64,000 bases of DNA from Phycisphaerae bacterium (GCA_963666835.2 CAXXGO010000003.1:1-64000); one strand, 5' to 3'. Positions 49,984-60,896 are shown, counted from the stretch's first letter. The notes: a model not told the origin generated them from the letters alone. Translations and numbers: made by a program.

Positions 49984-50367
49984 CTACCAGAGAAGCACGA
50001 TCAAGTCTGCCAGGACAACGAGCAACAGGATAACTGACAGCTTCATGGCAATCGGAATGTGCTCGGTCTCACGCGGCGCCAGGCGTAACGCGCAAGCGCG
50101 TTCTTCGACGTTATCGCTTTGCAGAGCTTGCTCACGGCAGGTTTCCACGAGGGTGCCCGCCTCCGAGGCCGAGAGTCCCATCCCCGCGGCGTAACGGATG
50201 ATCCGCCGCCGGCGCGCAGCGGTTAATCGGCCGCTACGCAGCTCCTCGGCGATCATCTGCCGGAAGATCTCGTGAGTGTCTATTGATGGCACGTAAGCCG
50301 GTGGGTCGTCTTCGGTGACGACCGGTTTCAGGCGCACGGGCTCTTCCCGTGGTAGCTCCCTTTGCAT
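49984..50367 (-). CDS. Hypothetical protein with C-terminal transmembrane anchor
   Basis: GAGG RBS upstream; helical body; terminal hydrophobic helix LSVILLLVVLADLIVLLW. Confidence 0.7.
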   Translation of the reverse strand: MQRELPREEPVRLKPVVTEDDPPAYVPSIDTHEIFRQMIAEELRSGRLTAARRRRIIRYAAGMGLSASEAGTLVETCREQALQSDNVEERACALRLAPRETEHIPIAMKLSVILLLVVLADLIVLLW

Positions 50368-50590
50368 TCCTCTTTCCTCCCCACTTGATCATAGGCCGGG
50401 GGGAGCGGCGGAGTCACAGGACGGAGCTTTGAGCCGATTCAGTCGTGCCGCGGCAACGCGAGCTCGAATCCTATCGGAACGACACCTCTGCCAGGCGGAC
50501 GCACCATATCGCCGCGGTCCTATCGGACGTAAAGTGATGCGGTTCGGTCCACCTCCCCAGCGGTGCGGTACTCCGAACATCTTCAGCTTC

Positions 50591-50733
50591 GTCGCACGGT
50601 TGACGTACGAGACTTGCCGCATAGGCGCGCGTCGTATGAGGTCAGGTAGGGCACGGTCGAGGCACGAGACCTGCCACAATGGCGCGCATCGCGCGAAAAC
50701 CGCGGGAGGTCTCGTTCCTCTACGCTGCCCTGC
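50591..50733. repeat. GTAG-REP inverted pair plus one degenerate copy (same family as 1-82)
   Basis: 50646-50675 GTAGGGCACGGTCGAGGCACGAGACCTGCC, inverted copy 50705-50733, degenerate copy 50591-50618. Confidence 0.75.
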
Positions 50734-50755
50734 GGGTCACCAAACGTTGTCTTGC

Positions 50756-52453
50756 TCAGACTTCGATTTGCTCGAAGTGCTTGGCGCCCATGCGCATCGC
50801 GCATAGTCCGGCTTCTGTGCTGAACCACACTGCCGCGGCGCAGATGGCGAGGGTGACGGTGTCGGGTACGCCATCGCCGCGTTGGATCTTCGATCGCCAA
50901 ATCGCAAACCCTATAGCCGTAAGGACGACGGCCACCAGAGCCAACGAGGCCAGCAGGTTTGTTGTGCCGCCGAGGCTGTTGGCGATCCGGGCGACCTTCT
51001 GCTCTTCGAACAAGGGCAGGCGGGCTCCGATTCCGACGGCGAATCCACACAGACCGAAGCAGATGGCGCCGACAACCACCAGGTGGATAATCGTCCAGAC
51101 CCAGTCGAGTTGGAGTTTGAAGGCGGCCAGGGCCATTGCGGTGATCGCTCCGGTGAGGGTCACGGTCATGGCGAAGGCGAGCTTGGCACGCAGGATCCGC
51201 GTGCGCGACATCGGCAGCAAGCCGATCAGCCAGAGATTGTGACCTTCCAGCGAAATCAGCGGGTAGACGAAGCGGCAGGTGAACGTCGCGAGAATCAGAC
51301 TGATAGCGCAGAGATTCAGAAACGGGATGATCTCCGCCCAGACGAGCAGAGCATCGAACTGCTGCCGTAGCGTCGGCATGTTAGTCAGATAGAGAAACAG
51401 CAGCCCGAATAGGATTGCGAGCTGGCTCCACTGCAACGGATCGCGAAGGAACGTTCGCAGGTCCTTCGCTGCGATAAGACGCAAACGCAGCGGCAGGTAG
51501 ACGAACAGCAGCCCGGCCGCTCCGCCGGAAGCTCGGCCGGCCTGATACTGATCGGCGCCGCGCCCGGCCGATACCCGATCGAGGGCTTTGTGGAAGTACC
51601 GGGAGACCACGTGCACCGCCAACCAGCTCAAGAAGAACGCGTTGGCCAAAGTCACCCCGAGATAGAGCAGGGCTTCGGCGAAGTTATTGTGGATGGCGTG
51701 GTCAATCCCGGTAGCCACCCAGTTGTTCGGTAGGAAGGCGGATTCAATGAAACTCATCCGGGCGTAGAAGGACATGAGCCACTGCTCCGTGGCGGAATCG
51801 CCAAGCTGCAAAGTGCGCATGCCCCATAGAACGAATACGGTTAAGAACACCCCTAAGGCTATGGCGAGATCTCGCGCTACCCCTCGCGGCACGAAACGAG
51901 CTGCTACCCAGGCAATGAGCAGACCGAGAGCGCCGGGGATCGGAATGAACGCCAGAAAGAAAGCCAGGAAGAGAACGTAGAAGATCCGCTGGTCCGCCAG
52001 CTCCGCCATCGCCAGCATCATGGGGATGCCGAGTACGACCAGGGACCAACTGGCCAGCACCAGACTCTCAAGGTACTTGAGTGTGACTACGTCCAACGGT
52101 GTTAACGGCGCGGTCAATAGATACGCCGATTCGTCTTTTTCGAAAAGGGCGCTGTAGGCAATCAGCGCGTTCGAGAAGGTGAGCAAGGTCAGCATGACGA
52201 TGAAGAAGAAATTGAACACCAGTGGGATGGCCACGGTCGCCTCCAGCGGAGTGCGCTGAAGCTGGGCGAAGATGGCGTGGAACAGGAAGTAGAGCCCCAT
52301 CCAGATCGTAGCGATCAACACGACCGCGGTGCTAATCCGCAGCGGAGCGTCGTTGACGGCTTGCCGGGATCTATTCCACAGAGCTCGCGTTTTGGCGCGC
52401 AGAAGCAAGCCAAGCAGAGGACGGGACGAGATTTTCACCGGGTCGTCAGGCAT
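50756..52453 (-). CDS. Putative ABC transporter permease (large, multi-pass)
   Basis: Many TM helices, AKDLRTFLRD and ISLEG motifs; overlaps the ATPase stop. Confidence 0.85.
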   Translation of the reverse strand: MPDDPVKISSRPLLGLLLRAKTRALWNRSRQAVNDAPLRISTAVVLIATIWMGLYFLFHAIFAQLQRTPLEATVAIPLVFNFFFIVMLTLLTFSNALIAYSALFEKDESAYLLTAPLTPLDVVTLKYLESLVLASWSLVVLGIPMMLAMAELADQRIFYVLFLAFFLAFIPIPGALGLLIAWVAARFVPRGVARDLAIALGVFLTVFVLWGMRTLQLGDSATEQWLMSFYARMSFIESAFLPNNWVATGIDHAIHNNFAEALLYLGVTLANAFFLSWLAVHVVSRYFHKALDRVSAGRGADQYQAGRASGGAAGLLFVYLPLRLRLIAAKDLRTFLRDPLQWSQLAILFGLLFLYLTNMPTLRQQFDALLVWAEIIPFLNLCAISLILATFTCRFVYPLISLEGHNLWLIGLLPMSRTRILRAKLAFAMTVTLTGAITAMALAAFKLQLDWVWTIIHLVVVGAICFGLCGFAVGIGARLPLFEEQKVARIANSLGGTTNLLASLALVAVVLTAIGFAIWRSKIQRGDGVPDTVTLAICAAAVWFSTEAGLCAMRMGAKHFEQIEV

Positions 52454-53198
52454 CACTTTCCTCGGTGAGCTGCAGGAAGATCTCTTCGAGCGTCCGCTCG
52501 CGCTTCGCCCGGGCACGCAGTTCCTCAAGCGTGCCGACCGTGATCAGGTCCCCACGATGGATGATGCCGATTCGGTCGGCCACCGCTTCGGCAATGTCCA
52601 ACGTGTGGGTGCTCATGAATACCGTCTTGCCGCTTCGGGTGTGTTCGATGAACAGGCTTTTTACTTCACGTATTGTCCGGGGGTCCAGACCCACCATCGG
52701 CTCATCGATGACCAGGACTGTGGGGTCGTGCAATAGAGAGGCGGCCAGAACGATTTTCTGCTTCATGCCGTGGCTATAGCTGACCGTAAGCTGATCGAGA
52801 AACTCGCCGATATCCAGCCGCCGAATCAACAACGCAAGTCTCTGATCGCGCTGCTCGGCGGGGATGTTGTACATCTCGGCTACAAAGCGCAGAAACTCCC
52901 GCCCGGTGAGTCGTTCATAGAGAAAAGGCTGATCCGGCACATAGGCGATCTGCGCCTTGGCGGCTAAGCCGTTTGAGGCAATGTTGTGCCCGCAAACGTG
53001 AACCTCCCCGGCGTTAGGGCGTAACAGGCCGACGATCATCTTGATGGTCGTCGTCTTTCCCGCCCCGTTAGGACCCAAGAACGCGAAAAGCTCTCCCCGG
53101 CGAATCTCGAGCGAGAGCTCCCGCACGGCCACGGTTGTACCGAAACACTTGCGGGCGCCCGACAGGGCGATTGCGAGATCTTGAGGGTTGTCCGCCAT
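52446..53198 (-). CDS. ABC transporter ATP-binding protein
   Basis: GPNGAGKTT, YSHGMKQK and DEPMVGLDP. Confidence 0.95.
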   Translation of the reverse strand: MADNPQDLAIALSGARKCFGTTVAVRELSLEIRRGELFAFLGPNGAGKTTTIKMIVGLLRPNAGEVHVCGHNIASNGLAAKAQIAYVPDQPFLYERLTGREFLRFVAEMYNIPAEQRDQRLALLIRRLDIGEFLDQLTVSYSHGMKQKIVLAASLLHDPTVLVIDEPMVGLDPRTIREVKSLFIEHTRSGKTVFMSTHTLDIAEAVADRIGIIHRGDLITVGTLEELRARAKRERTLEEIFLQLTEESDA

Positions 53199-53212
53199 TT
53201 CCGTCTCCGAGG

Positions 53213-54025
53213 TTACCGCCTTATGTTGGTTCTGCGCGCCGCCAGGCGAGCCCGCTCGTCGTAGTTGGCTTCACGAACGATCCGGGTCCGCCCGATTACC
53301 GGCAAGGTAATCTCCTGAACCTGGACTGAGCCGTTGCCGTCCACCCATGCCTTGGCATAGGGTGATTCAATGATCGTGCAGAGCACGTCTCCGGCTTCGC
53401 CGGTCAGCGTCTCTTTGCCGGTTACCTCGACGAGCATCGGGACGAACCGATCGCCCCTTTCGAGTAGCACGGCGATGGGGTTCAGAACCTGAATTCGCCA
53501 CCGCTGCCCAACTTCCAAGCCGGTCAGCGAGGCGATGGGACTAAGCCCGCCGCCGACCAACATCCCTCCGTCGACCAGCGGAATCTTGAAGGTCTTTTCC
53601 ATCGTGCCGCTGTTAAGAGTGAAGGAGAAGTCCTGGTGGAATCGTTCGCCATGTACTCGGGCGGCCGCCGTAGGGCTTTCGAGCTGGACGGTCAGATCGT
53701 CGAGGATTCCCTTCTTCGTGTACACTGAATCGACGGTCACGCGCAAAGGGGCGATGCCGATCGGTGTTCGCTCGATCCAGATCGTATCACGGCTTTGAGT
53801 GACTACGGGGTCGATGTAGTAGTCGGTCCAGATCGTGCCGAGTCGACCTTGGTCATTGAAGATGGCGAATTGGCTGCTGGCCCCTTCACCCTTGAGCCAG
53901 TCGGTTACTTGCAGTGCGGGGGCGTCGTCCGCGGTGAGCCCCGGCCAGACGTCGTGGGCCACGAGCCAACTCATGGCTGCCAGCCAGACCGGGACGATCA
54001 CGAAACCAGTGGTGCGCGTGAACAC
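53213..54025 (-). CDS. Hypothetical membrane-anchored beta-rich protein, first gene of the ABC operon
   Basis: N-terminal hydrophobic helix (VIVPVWLAAMSWLV) then beta-rich sequence; 14 nt from the ATPase start. Start is approximate. Confidence 0.7.
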   Translation of the reverse strand: MFTRTTGFVIVPVWLAAMSWLVAHDVWPGLTADDAPALQVTDWLKGEGASSQFAIFNDQGRLGTIWTDYYIDPVVTQSRDTIWIERTPIGIAPLRVTVDSVYTKKGILDDLTVQLESPTAAARVHGERFHQDFSFTLNSGTMEKTFKIPLVDGGMLVGGGLSPIASLTGLEVGQRWRIQVLNPIAVLLERGDRFVPMLVEVTGKETLTGEAGDVLCTIIESPYAKAWVDGNGSVQVQEITLPVIGRTRIVREANYDERARLAARRTNIRR

Positions 54026-54166
54026 GAGTTTTAGCTCGCGAGGCGAGCGACCTCCCCAATTGAACAGATGCTTCCCCTTGTGACCGGAAGATTGTAGGGT
54101 AAGAACAAAGACACCGTCAATTGACGGCGACGAAACCTGACACCCTGCTGAGGCAACGCCGCGGCG

Positions 54167-54949
54167 ATGCGTACGCGACCGCTCGGGCTTAAGAGGAGGT
54201 TCTTCACCAGGCGACGGCTGGGAGCGGCCTTGGCCGTCGGAGCTCTCGCGTTCATTGCCCTTTGGTTGGTCTTTCAGCACAAGCCCGGATGGTACCGCCC
54301 TCCAGTAGTCGACGAGGCTCTGCTGCGCCGAGCCCGCACGGAATCCGCGGCATTGGTGGATGATGTCAGCCGCCAGATCGTCGAAGCCCGCCCGTTCGAT
54401 GTGACCCTAACCGATGCCGAAGTCAGCGAGTGGCTGGCTGCCGCCCCGCACCAATGGCCCGACGTTGGGCGGCGTATTCCGCCGCAGATCAGCGACCCGG
54501 TTGTGCGTTTCGAACCGGACGGGGTCCGCTTCGGAGTGCTTTATTCGGATGGTGGCTGGCGCGCCGTGTTGAATGCGACTGTTGCCCTGGGCGTGTCGGA
54601 TGATAGTGAGCACTTGACGATCGCTCTGCTTGGCGTTCGCGGGGGATCGCTTCCGGTTCCGCGGTTCGTCCTTGAGGGCATCTTGAACGAGATCTCGATT
54701 GATGGCGACACAGACTTGTCACTACATACCGGGGCGTCCGTCAGTTCCCCGGCTCGCGCGGCGGTCGACACTGCAGGTTCGCCGCATCGGCGCGGCGAGC
54801 ATTCGCGGGAGCCTCGGCCCGCGGAAGGGGCGGGGGAGCTGATCCTGATCGAGAATCGCTTCATCTGGCCCAACGGCGATCGGCCATTTCAAATTAAATC
54901 CATAAGTGTTGAGTTTGGCAGTTTACATTTGCGAGTCGTGCCGTTATGA
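54167..54949 (+). CDS. Hypothetical membrane-anchored protein
   Basis: Basic N-terminus plus TM helix, then KPGWY..., and GVRGGSLPVP. Confidence 0.7.
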   Translation: MRTRPLGLKRRFFTRRRLGAALAVGALAFIALWLVFQHKPGWYRPPVVDEALLRRARTESAALVDDVSRQIVEARPFDVTLTDAEVSEWLAAAPHQWPDVGRRIPPQISDPVVRFEPDGVRFGVLYSDGGWRAVLNATVALGVSDDSEHLTIALLGVRGGSLPVPRFVLEGILNEISIDGDTDLSLHTGASVSSPARAAVDTAGSPHRRGEHSREPRPAEGAGELILIENRFIWPNGDRPFQIKSISVEFGSLHLRVVPL

Positions 54950-55126
54950 TGAGCCTATCAGGATTCGGTTCCGGTCGCTTCCGGTGGTAGGGGGCGGCGC
55001 GCGGCCGACGGTCTGTCGAATAGACGCATCCGGCTCAAAGAGGCGCCGCCACGTTCAGATGGTGTCGGAGTCGTCGTACCTCAGGTTCTCTTGGAAGGCA
55101 TGTCGCCACGTAGCGGAGGGACGGAA

Positions 55127-57682
55127 GTGAAGGGGATTAGATTGGGGTTCGTGATTCCGGGGTTGGTGGCTGTGGTGTCGGCGGTGTTCTCGGCTGCGGT
55201 GTGGGCGCAGTGCGAAACGGCCAAGCTGCATTCCCCCGACGGCGCGGTCGACACGCGGTTCGGATGGGCGACGGCGATTAGCGGCGACTACATGGTGGTC
55301 GGAGCTCCCGATGCGCATGTGGGATCCCACGCGGATGCCGGTAGAGCCTTCGTGTTCAAGCATGATGGGCTTGATTGGGTGCAGGTGCAGGAGTTGCCGC
55401 TTCCGTCGACGGAGGTGCTGCCTGGCGCTGAGTACGGCTACTCCGCAGCGATTGATGGCGATGTTGCGGTGGTGGGGGCCCGTTACCACGGGTCCTACGC
55501 AGAAGGGGCGGCGTTCGTTTGGCGCCGGAGCCCGGCCAACGCTGAGTGGGAATACGAAGGGATATTGTGGCCGGCCGATCGTGCCGCGTATGACAACTGC
55601 GGCTACTCGGTGGCGGTGGATACGTCGAGTGAAGAGTGGATTGCCCTGGGCTGTCCGGGACGTACGGACGTGGCGCTTGCCGCAGGGGTGGTAGCGACCT
55701 TCAAGTACGACGGCAGCAGCGGAGAGTGGGCAGAACAGGGCATCCTGACCGCCAACGACGGAAGTGAGGGAGACAAGCTTGGCCGGGCGATTGCCATGGA
55801 TGGCGATTGGCTTGTGGCCGGAGCAGAGGGAACGGACGATTCTGCCGGTGCAGCTTTCCTTTTCAAGTACGATGGGGCGGGAACGTGGACGAACGTTCGG
55901 AAGCTCGTCGCGTTGAACGAGGATGGTTCCAGCGATGCCCACGACTATGACAGGTTTGGCGGCAGCGTGGCGTTGCGTGGCGATCGAACCGCCTGCGGAG
56001 CGTATTATTATGATGCGGACGACGTGCCCAACACCGGGGTCGCGTATGTCTACGTCTACAGCGGCGATACCTGGGAGATTGAGGGGCGGTTGCTGGCGAG
56101 TGACCGTGCGAAAAGTGACGCTCTGGGGACTTCGGTAGCGATCGACGGCGATCGGGTCGTCGTGGGGGCGCCGAAAGCTGATCCGGATGCACTCTCCGGG
56201 GCCGGCGCAGCGTATCTTTTCCGGCTCAGGGAGGGCAGTTGGACCCAGGACGAGAAGATGATCGCCGATGCGCCGGCGGCGAGCCAGTACTTCGGCGACG
56301 CCGTATCGCTCGACGGCGACCATCTGGCTATTGGCGCCTACAAAGAGAATTCGGACACCGGGGCGGCCTTCGTATTCGCGTTGGGATTGGGCGAGGACTG
56401 CAACAACAGCGCGATCCACGACGAGTGCGAGTACTACCAGGGGATTCTGACCGACGATGACGGCGACGGCTACCCGGATCAGTGCATCTGCGACAATGAC
56501 GAGTCCTGCAATGACGATCGGGATTGCACAACGGATACCTGCAATCTGGAGACAAACCGTTGCGAGTTCACCGTGGCCGCCGGGTCCTGCCTTATTGAAG
56601 GTACATGTTATTCAGATGGCCAGGTCAATCCGAACAGCGAGTGCCAGGTATGCGACTCTGCCCACGCCGACGCCTGGACTAACGCGGCGGACGAGACCTA
56701 CTGCACGGCGGATGATAACGATTGCACGGATGATATTTGTCTTTCGGGATGGTGCGTTCATCCCCACCTGGAAAGCGGAGCCCCCTGCGGTGATCAGAGC
56801 CAGTCGGATTGCGATCTTCCGGATTTCTGTTTCGAGGGAATATGCCGCGAGAACCGCCTGACCAACGGCACCCCCTGCACGCCGGACGACAGTGTTTGTA
56901 CGTTCGATTGGTGCGACGGCGGCATTTGTACACATCCGGAAAAGCCCAGCGGAAGTCCCTGCACTCCGGACGAGTTCGATTGCACTTTCGACGAGTGTCA
57001 GGATGGTGTCTGTGAGCACTCGCTCAAGCCGGCCGGGTCACCGTGCGGTGATCCGACCGATGACATCTGTACCGATCCCGACACCTGCCTGGCCGACGGA
57101 GTCTGTCAGGCGAACCACGCTCCGGTGGATACTCCCTGCCCCAACGGGCTCTTCTGTGACGGAGATGAACTCTGTGATGGCGAGGGTGTTTGCCTGGCGG
57201 GACTCGACCCGTGTGCAGACTCCGGTTGGGTGTGCGACGAAGGCAATGATGTCTGCATGGGCGGGGCGTGCTGTCTCCCGATGGGGGATTGCGTGGAGGT
57301 TATCGCGGAAGACTGTTCGGCCGACGGCGGCATCTACCAGGGGGACGGGGTACGGTGCTCGACCGTGGAGTGCCCGGTTCCCCCCGGGGCGTGTTGCGTA
57401 AGAGACGTGTGCGTGCCGGACCAGGATGAGGACGACTGCTTGAGCGTCGCAGGAGCCGCGTGGGCCGGACCGGCCACGGTCTGTGTGGAGGGCTTGTGCC
57501 CGCTGTGCGACGACGGGGACGCCGATGCCGACGGAGACGTCGATCTGCTGGACTTTGCGTATCTGCAGACCTGCCTGGAAGAGGACGGCGTCGGTGACTG
57601 CAAGTGCGTGGACCTGGACAACGTCGGCGGCGTGGATCTCGCCGATTTTGGGTACTTTACGATGGTGATTACCGGACCATGA
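55127..57682 (+). CDS. Secreted FG-GAP repeat beta-propeller protein with Cys-rich stalk and dockerin-like tail (paralog 1)
   Basis: Signal peptide ending VWA-Q; seven FG/YG-x-VAIDGD..VGAP repeats; CTxDxC and GACC repeats; C-terminal GDADADGDVDLLDF...VDLADF..ITGP. Confidence 0.9.
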   Translation: MKGIRLGFVIPGLVAVVSAVFSAAVWAQCETAKLHSPDGAVDTRFGWATAISGDYMVVGAPDAHVGSHADAGRAFVFKHDGLDWVQVQELPLPSTEVLPGAEYGYSAAIDGDVAVVGARYHGSYAEGAAFVWRRSPANAEWEYEGILWPADRAAYDNCGYSVAVDTSSEEWIALGCPGRTDVALAAGVVATFKYDGSSGEWAEQGILTANDGSEGDKLGRAIAMDGDWLVAGAEGTDDSAGAAFLFKYDGAGTWTNVRKLVALNEDGSSDAHDYDRFGGSVALRGDRTACGAYYYDADDVPNTGVAYVYVYSGDTWEIEGRLLASDRAKSDALGTSVAIDGDRVVVGAPKADPDALSGAGAAYLFRLREGSWTQDEKMIADAPAASQYFGDAVSLDGDHLAIGAYKENSDTGAAFVFALGLGEDCNNSAIHDECEYYQGILTDDDGDGYPDQCICDNDESCNDDRDCTTDTCNLETNRCEFTVAAGSCLIEGTCYSDGQVNPNSECQVCDSAHADAWTNAADETYCTADDNDCTDDICLSGWCVHPHLESGAPCGDQSQSDCDLPDFCFEGICRENRLTNGTPCTPDDSVCTFDWCDGGICTHPEKPSGSPCTPDEFDCTFDECQDGVCEHSLKPAGSPCGDPTDDICTDPDTCLADGVCQANHAPVDTPCPNGLFCDGDELCDGEGVCLAGLDPCADSGWVCDEGNDVCMGGACCLPMGDCVEVIAEDCSADGGIYQGDGVRCSTVECPVPPGACCVRDVCVPDQDEDDCLSVAGAAWAGPATVCVEGLCPLCDDGDADADGDVDLLDFAYLQTCLEEDGVGDCKCVDLDNVGGVDLADFGYFTMVITGP

Positions 57683-57761
57683 CGCGGGGAGCTTGCGTCA
57701 GGGTGCCGTGGGGGACAAATGGACTGACCGGGGGCCGGTCTCATTCAACGGAGGTGCAAGA

Positions 57762-60700
57762 GTGAACGGGTCAAGAGCTTCGCTAGGTATTTCGGGGCTG
57801 GTGGTTGCGGTGTCGTTGATGCTCTGCTCGCCCGCGTGGGCGCAGTGCGAAACGGCTAAGGTGCATTCGCCCGACGGTGCGCTGGACACGCGGTTCGGAT
57901 GGGCAACGGCGGTAAGCGGCGACTACATGATAGCCGGAGCCCCGGATGCGGATGTGGGATCCTATCCCAACGCCGGCAGAGCCTTCGTGCTCAAACATGA
58001 TGGGCTCGAATGGGTGTATTTGCAGGAGTTGGAGCTTCCGCCAGTACAGGTGTTGGGTTACTCCGAATACGGCTACTCCGTGGCGATCGATGGCGACGTT
58101 GCGGTAGTTGGGGCTCGGAATAACGCATTCGGGGCAGGGGCCGCGTTCGCATGGCGCCGCAACACCGCCAACGATGAATGGGAATACGGGGGCCGGCTGT
58201 TGTCAGCCGGGGGTAGCGGGGGTGACACCTGTGGTTATTCGGTTGCGGTCGATTCGTCGAGTCAAGATTGGATTGCCGTTGGTTGCCCAGGGCGGTCCGA
58301 TGTGGCGCTCGGCGCGGGGGCAGTGGCGATGTTTTGGTACAACAGCAGCAGTGAGATGTGGGACGAGCAGGAGTCCCTGACCGCCGATGCTGCTGAAGGA
58401 GATAAGCTCGGCCGGGCGATCGCCATGGATGGTGATTGGCTTGTCGTCGGAGCAGAGGGAACGAACGGCTCTGCCGGCGCTGCCGCTGTTTTCAAATACG
58501 ATGGGGCGGGCACGTGGACGAACGTTCAAAAACTCGTTGCATTGAACGAAGGCGGATCGAGCGATGCCCACGACAACGACAAATTCGGTCATAGCGTGGC
58601 GTTGAGAGGCGACCGAATCGTTTGCGGGGCGTACTACTACGATGCCGATGGGGTGAGCAATGTCGGGGCTGCGTACGTGTTTGCCCGCGACGGTGACACC
58701 TGGGAAATCGAAGGGCGGCTGCTGGCGGACGATCGGGTGAAGAGCGACTGTTTCGGCACATCGGTAGCTGTCGACGGAGATCACGTTGTCGTGGGGGCAC
58801 CGAGAGTCGATCCGGAGGGGCTCTCCGGTGCGGGAGCGGTGTACCTTTTCCGGTTCAGCGGTGGCGATTGGGTGCAGGAGCCGGGGACGACCGCTGCGGA
58901 GCCGGCAGACAATCAGTACCTCGGACAGTCGGTCTCTCTCGACGGCGACTACCTGGCCGTAGGTGCCTACAAGGAAAACTCGGACACCGGCGCGGCCTTC
59001 GTTTTCGCGGTGGAAACGGGCGACGACTGCAACGGCAGTGCGGTCCACGACGAGTGCGAGTACTACACCGGAGAGATCACCGACACCAACAACAACGGGT
59101 TTCCCGACCAATGCGAATGCGACAACGACAACCAATGTGATGACGGACTGGATTGTACCGTGGATACGTGCAACTGGGAAACGCATCGCTGCCTGTTCAC
59201 GCCCAACCCGGGCTTCTGTGCCATCGGCGGCGTCTGTTATACAACCGGCACGGAGAATAGCGAAAACGAATGCCAGGTCTGTGACGAGGGCGACCCCAAG
59301 GTCTGGAGTAAGAAGGCCGACGACACTGCTTGTACGTCGGATGGCAACGAGTGTACCGAGGACGTCTGCCTGGCCGGGGCTTGCGAACACCCGAACATGC
59401 CCGACATAACCGTCTGCGGCGACCAGACCGAGACGTTCTGTGACGGGGCGGATTTCTGTTGGCAAGGAACCTGTCGGGATAACAAGCTTATGGATGGCAC
59501 CCCGTGCGATCCGGACGGCAAGGACTGCACGTACGACAGGTGCGACGACGGCGTGTGTGTTCATCCGAACAAGCCGGTCGGCACACCCTGCGGCGAGAGC
59601 GCCGACGATGAATGTACCGATCCGGACTGGTGCCTGGCTGATGGCACATGTTGGCCGAACGATGAACCGGCCGGGACATCGTGTTCGGACGGTCTGGCCT
59701 GTAACGGTCACGAAACATGCAGCGGCGACGGGGTCTGCGAGGCCGGCGAGCCGGAATGCAACCGGGCGGGCTTGGTCTGTGAGGAGACCGTTGAAGACCC
59801 GTTCTTTGTCTGCCTATGCCAAGACGCTGCGGCATGCGACGATGGTCTCTTCTGCACCGGTGTCGAGACCTGCGAAGATGGGATCTGTGTTTCCAGCGGC
59901 GATCCGTGCGATGCGGTCGGGCTGGCCTGTGATGAAGTCGACGATGTCTGCCGATGCAGCGCTGCGATAGCGTGCGATGACGGTATCTTCTGCAACGGTT
60001 CCGAAGATTGTGTTGATGGCGTATGCGTTGCCGGCACACCGATAGACTGCAGCGATGGCATCGATTGCACGGCCGACGTCTGCAGCGAGATTCCCGACGG
60101 GTATACGTGTTCCCACGATCCGAACGATGCGCTTTGCGATAACGGCGTGTTCTGCGACGGGGCGGAAGTTTGTGTTTCTCTGGATGGCTGCGTGGCCGGG
60201 ACATACCCCTGTGAGTGGGGCGAGATTTGTGACGAAGAAAACGACGTGTGCATCACGTGCGATTATGACGAGGACTGTGACGACGGCGATGAGTGTACGG
60301 CCGATCAGTGTCTTGACGGCAAGTGCGTTCATACGCTGCAGCCGTGGTGCGGCGTGGGGGCCTGCTGTCTCGGTGGCGGTTGCCTGGAGCATCTGAGCTG
60401 GGATTTCTGCGGATTAGTGCTAGGCGGCGTTTTCGGTGGCGATGGGACAGTGTGCGACGACGGCGTGTGCGAGCCGGGGGCCTGCTGCCTTCCGTTGGGC
60501 GATTGCGTTGAGGTCGTCGAGACGGCGTGCCTGGCCGACGGCGGCGTATTCAACGGGCGCGGGGTCTTGTGCTCGGCGGTCGATTGCCCGGTCCCCCCTG
60601 GGGCGTGTTGCGTATTCGATGTGTGCGTCCCTGACCAAGCGGAGGACGACTGTCTCAGCGTGGCCGGGGGCGAGTGGGTCGGGCCGGCCACGGTTTGCAC

Positions 60701-60896
60701 GGATGGACTTTGTCCATTGTGCTACGACGGGGACGCCGATGCCGACGGCGACGTAGATTTGCTGGACTTTGCGTACCTGCAGATTTGCCTTGATTGGGAA
60801 GGCGTAGGTGACTGCAAGTGCGTGGACATGGACAACGCCGGCGGCGTGGATCTAACGGACTTCGGGTACTTCCGTGCGGCAATAACGGGTCCGTGA
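57762..60896 (+). CDS. Secreted FG-GAP repeat protein with longer Cys-rich stalk and dockerin-like tail (paralog 2)
   Basis: Same architecture as paralog 1 with extra CDDGxFCxGxExC repeats; GGAGG RBS before the GTG at 57762. Confidence 0.9.
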   Translation: MNGSRASLGISGLVVAVSLMLCSPAWAQCETAKVHSPDGALDTRFGWATAVSGDYMIAGAPDADVGSYPNAGRAFVLKHDGLEWVYLQELELPPVQVLGYSEYGYSVAIDGDVAVVGARNNAFGAGAAFAWRRNTANDEWEYGGRLLSAGGSGGDTCGYSVAVDSSSQDWIAVGCPGRSDVALGAGAVAMFWYNSSSEMWDEQESLTADAAEGDKLGRAIAMDGDWLVVGAEGTNGSAGAAAVFKYDGAGTWTNVQKLVALNEGGSSDAHDNDKFGHSVALRGDRIVCGAYYYDADGVSNVGAAYVFARDGDTWEIEGRLLADDRVKSDCFGTSVAVDGDHVVVGAPRVDPEGLSGAGAVYLFRFSGGDWVQEPGTTAAEPADNQYLGQSVSLDGDYLAVGAYKENSDTGAAFVFAVETGDDCNGSAVHDECEYYTGEITDTNNNGFPDQCECDNDNQCDDGLDCTVDTCNWETHRCLFTPNPGFCAIGGVCYTTGTENSENECQVCDEGDPKVWSKKADDTACTSDGNECTEDVCLAGACEHPNMPDITVCGDQTETFCDGADFCWQGTCRDNKLMDGTPCDPDGKDCTYDRCDDGVCVHPNKPVGTPCGESADDECTDPDWCLADGTCWPNDEPAGTSCSDGLACNGHETCSGDGVCEAGEPECNRAGLVCEETVEDPFFVCLCQDAAACDDGLFCTGVETCEDGICVSSGDPCDAVGLACDEVDDVCRCSAAIACDDGIFCNGSEDCVDGVCVAGTPIDCSDGIDCTADVCSEIPDGYTCSHDPNDALCDNGVFCDGAEVCVSLDGCVAGTYPCEWGEICDEENDVCITCDYDEDCDDGDECTADQCLDGKCVHTLQPWCGVGACCLGGGCLEHLSWDFCGLVLGGVFGGDGTVCDDGVCEPGACCLPLGDCVEVVETACLADGGVFNGRGVLCSAVDCPVPPGACCVFDVCVPDQAEDDCLSVAGGEWVGPATVCTDGLCPLCYDGDADADGDVDLLDFAYLQICLDWEGVGDCKCVDMDNAGGVDLTDFGYFRAAITGP

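Noticed and set aside
57260..60896. Near-duplicate 3' ends of FG-GAP paralogs as a possible diversity-generating retroelement TR/VR pair
   Set aside because: Both copies are coding, the differences are not adenine-specific, and no reverse transcriptase is present.
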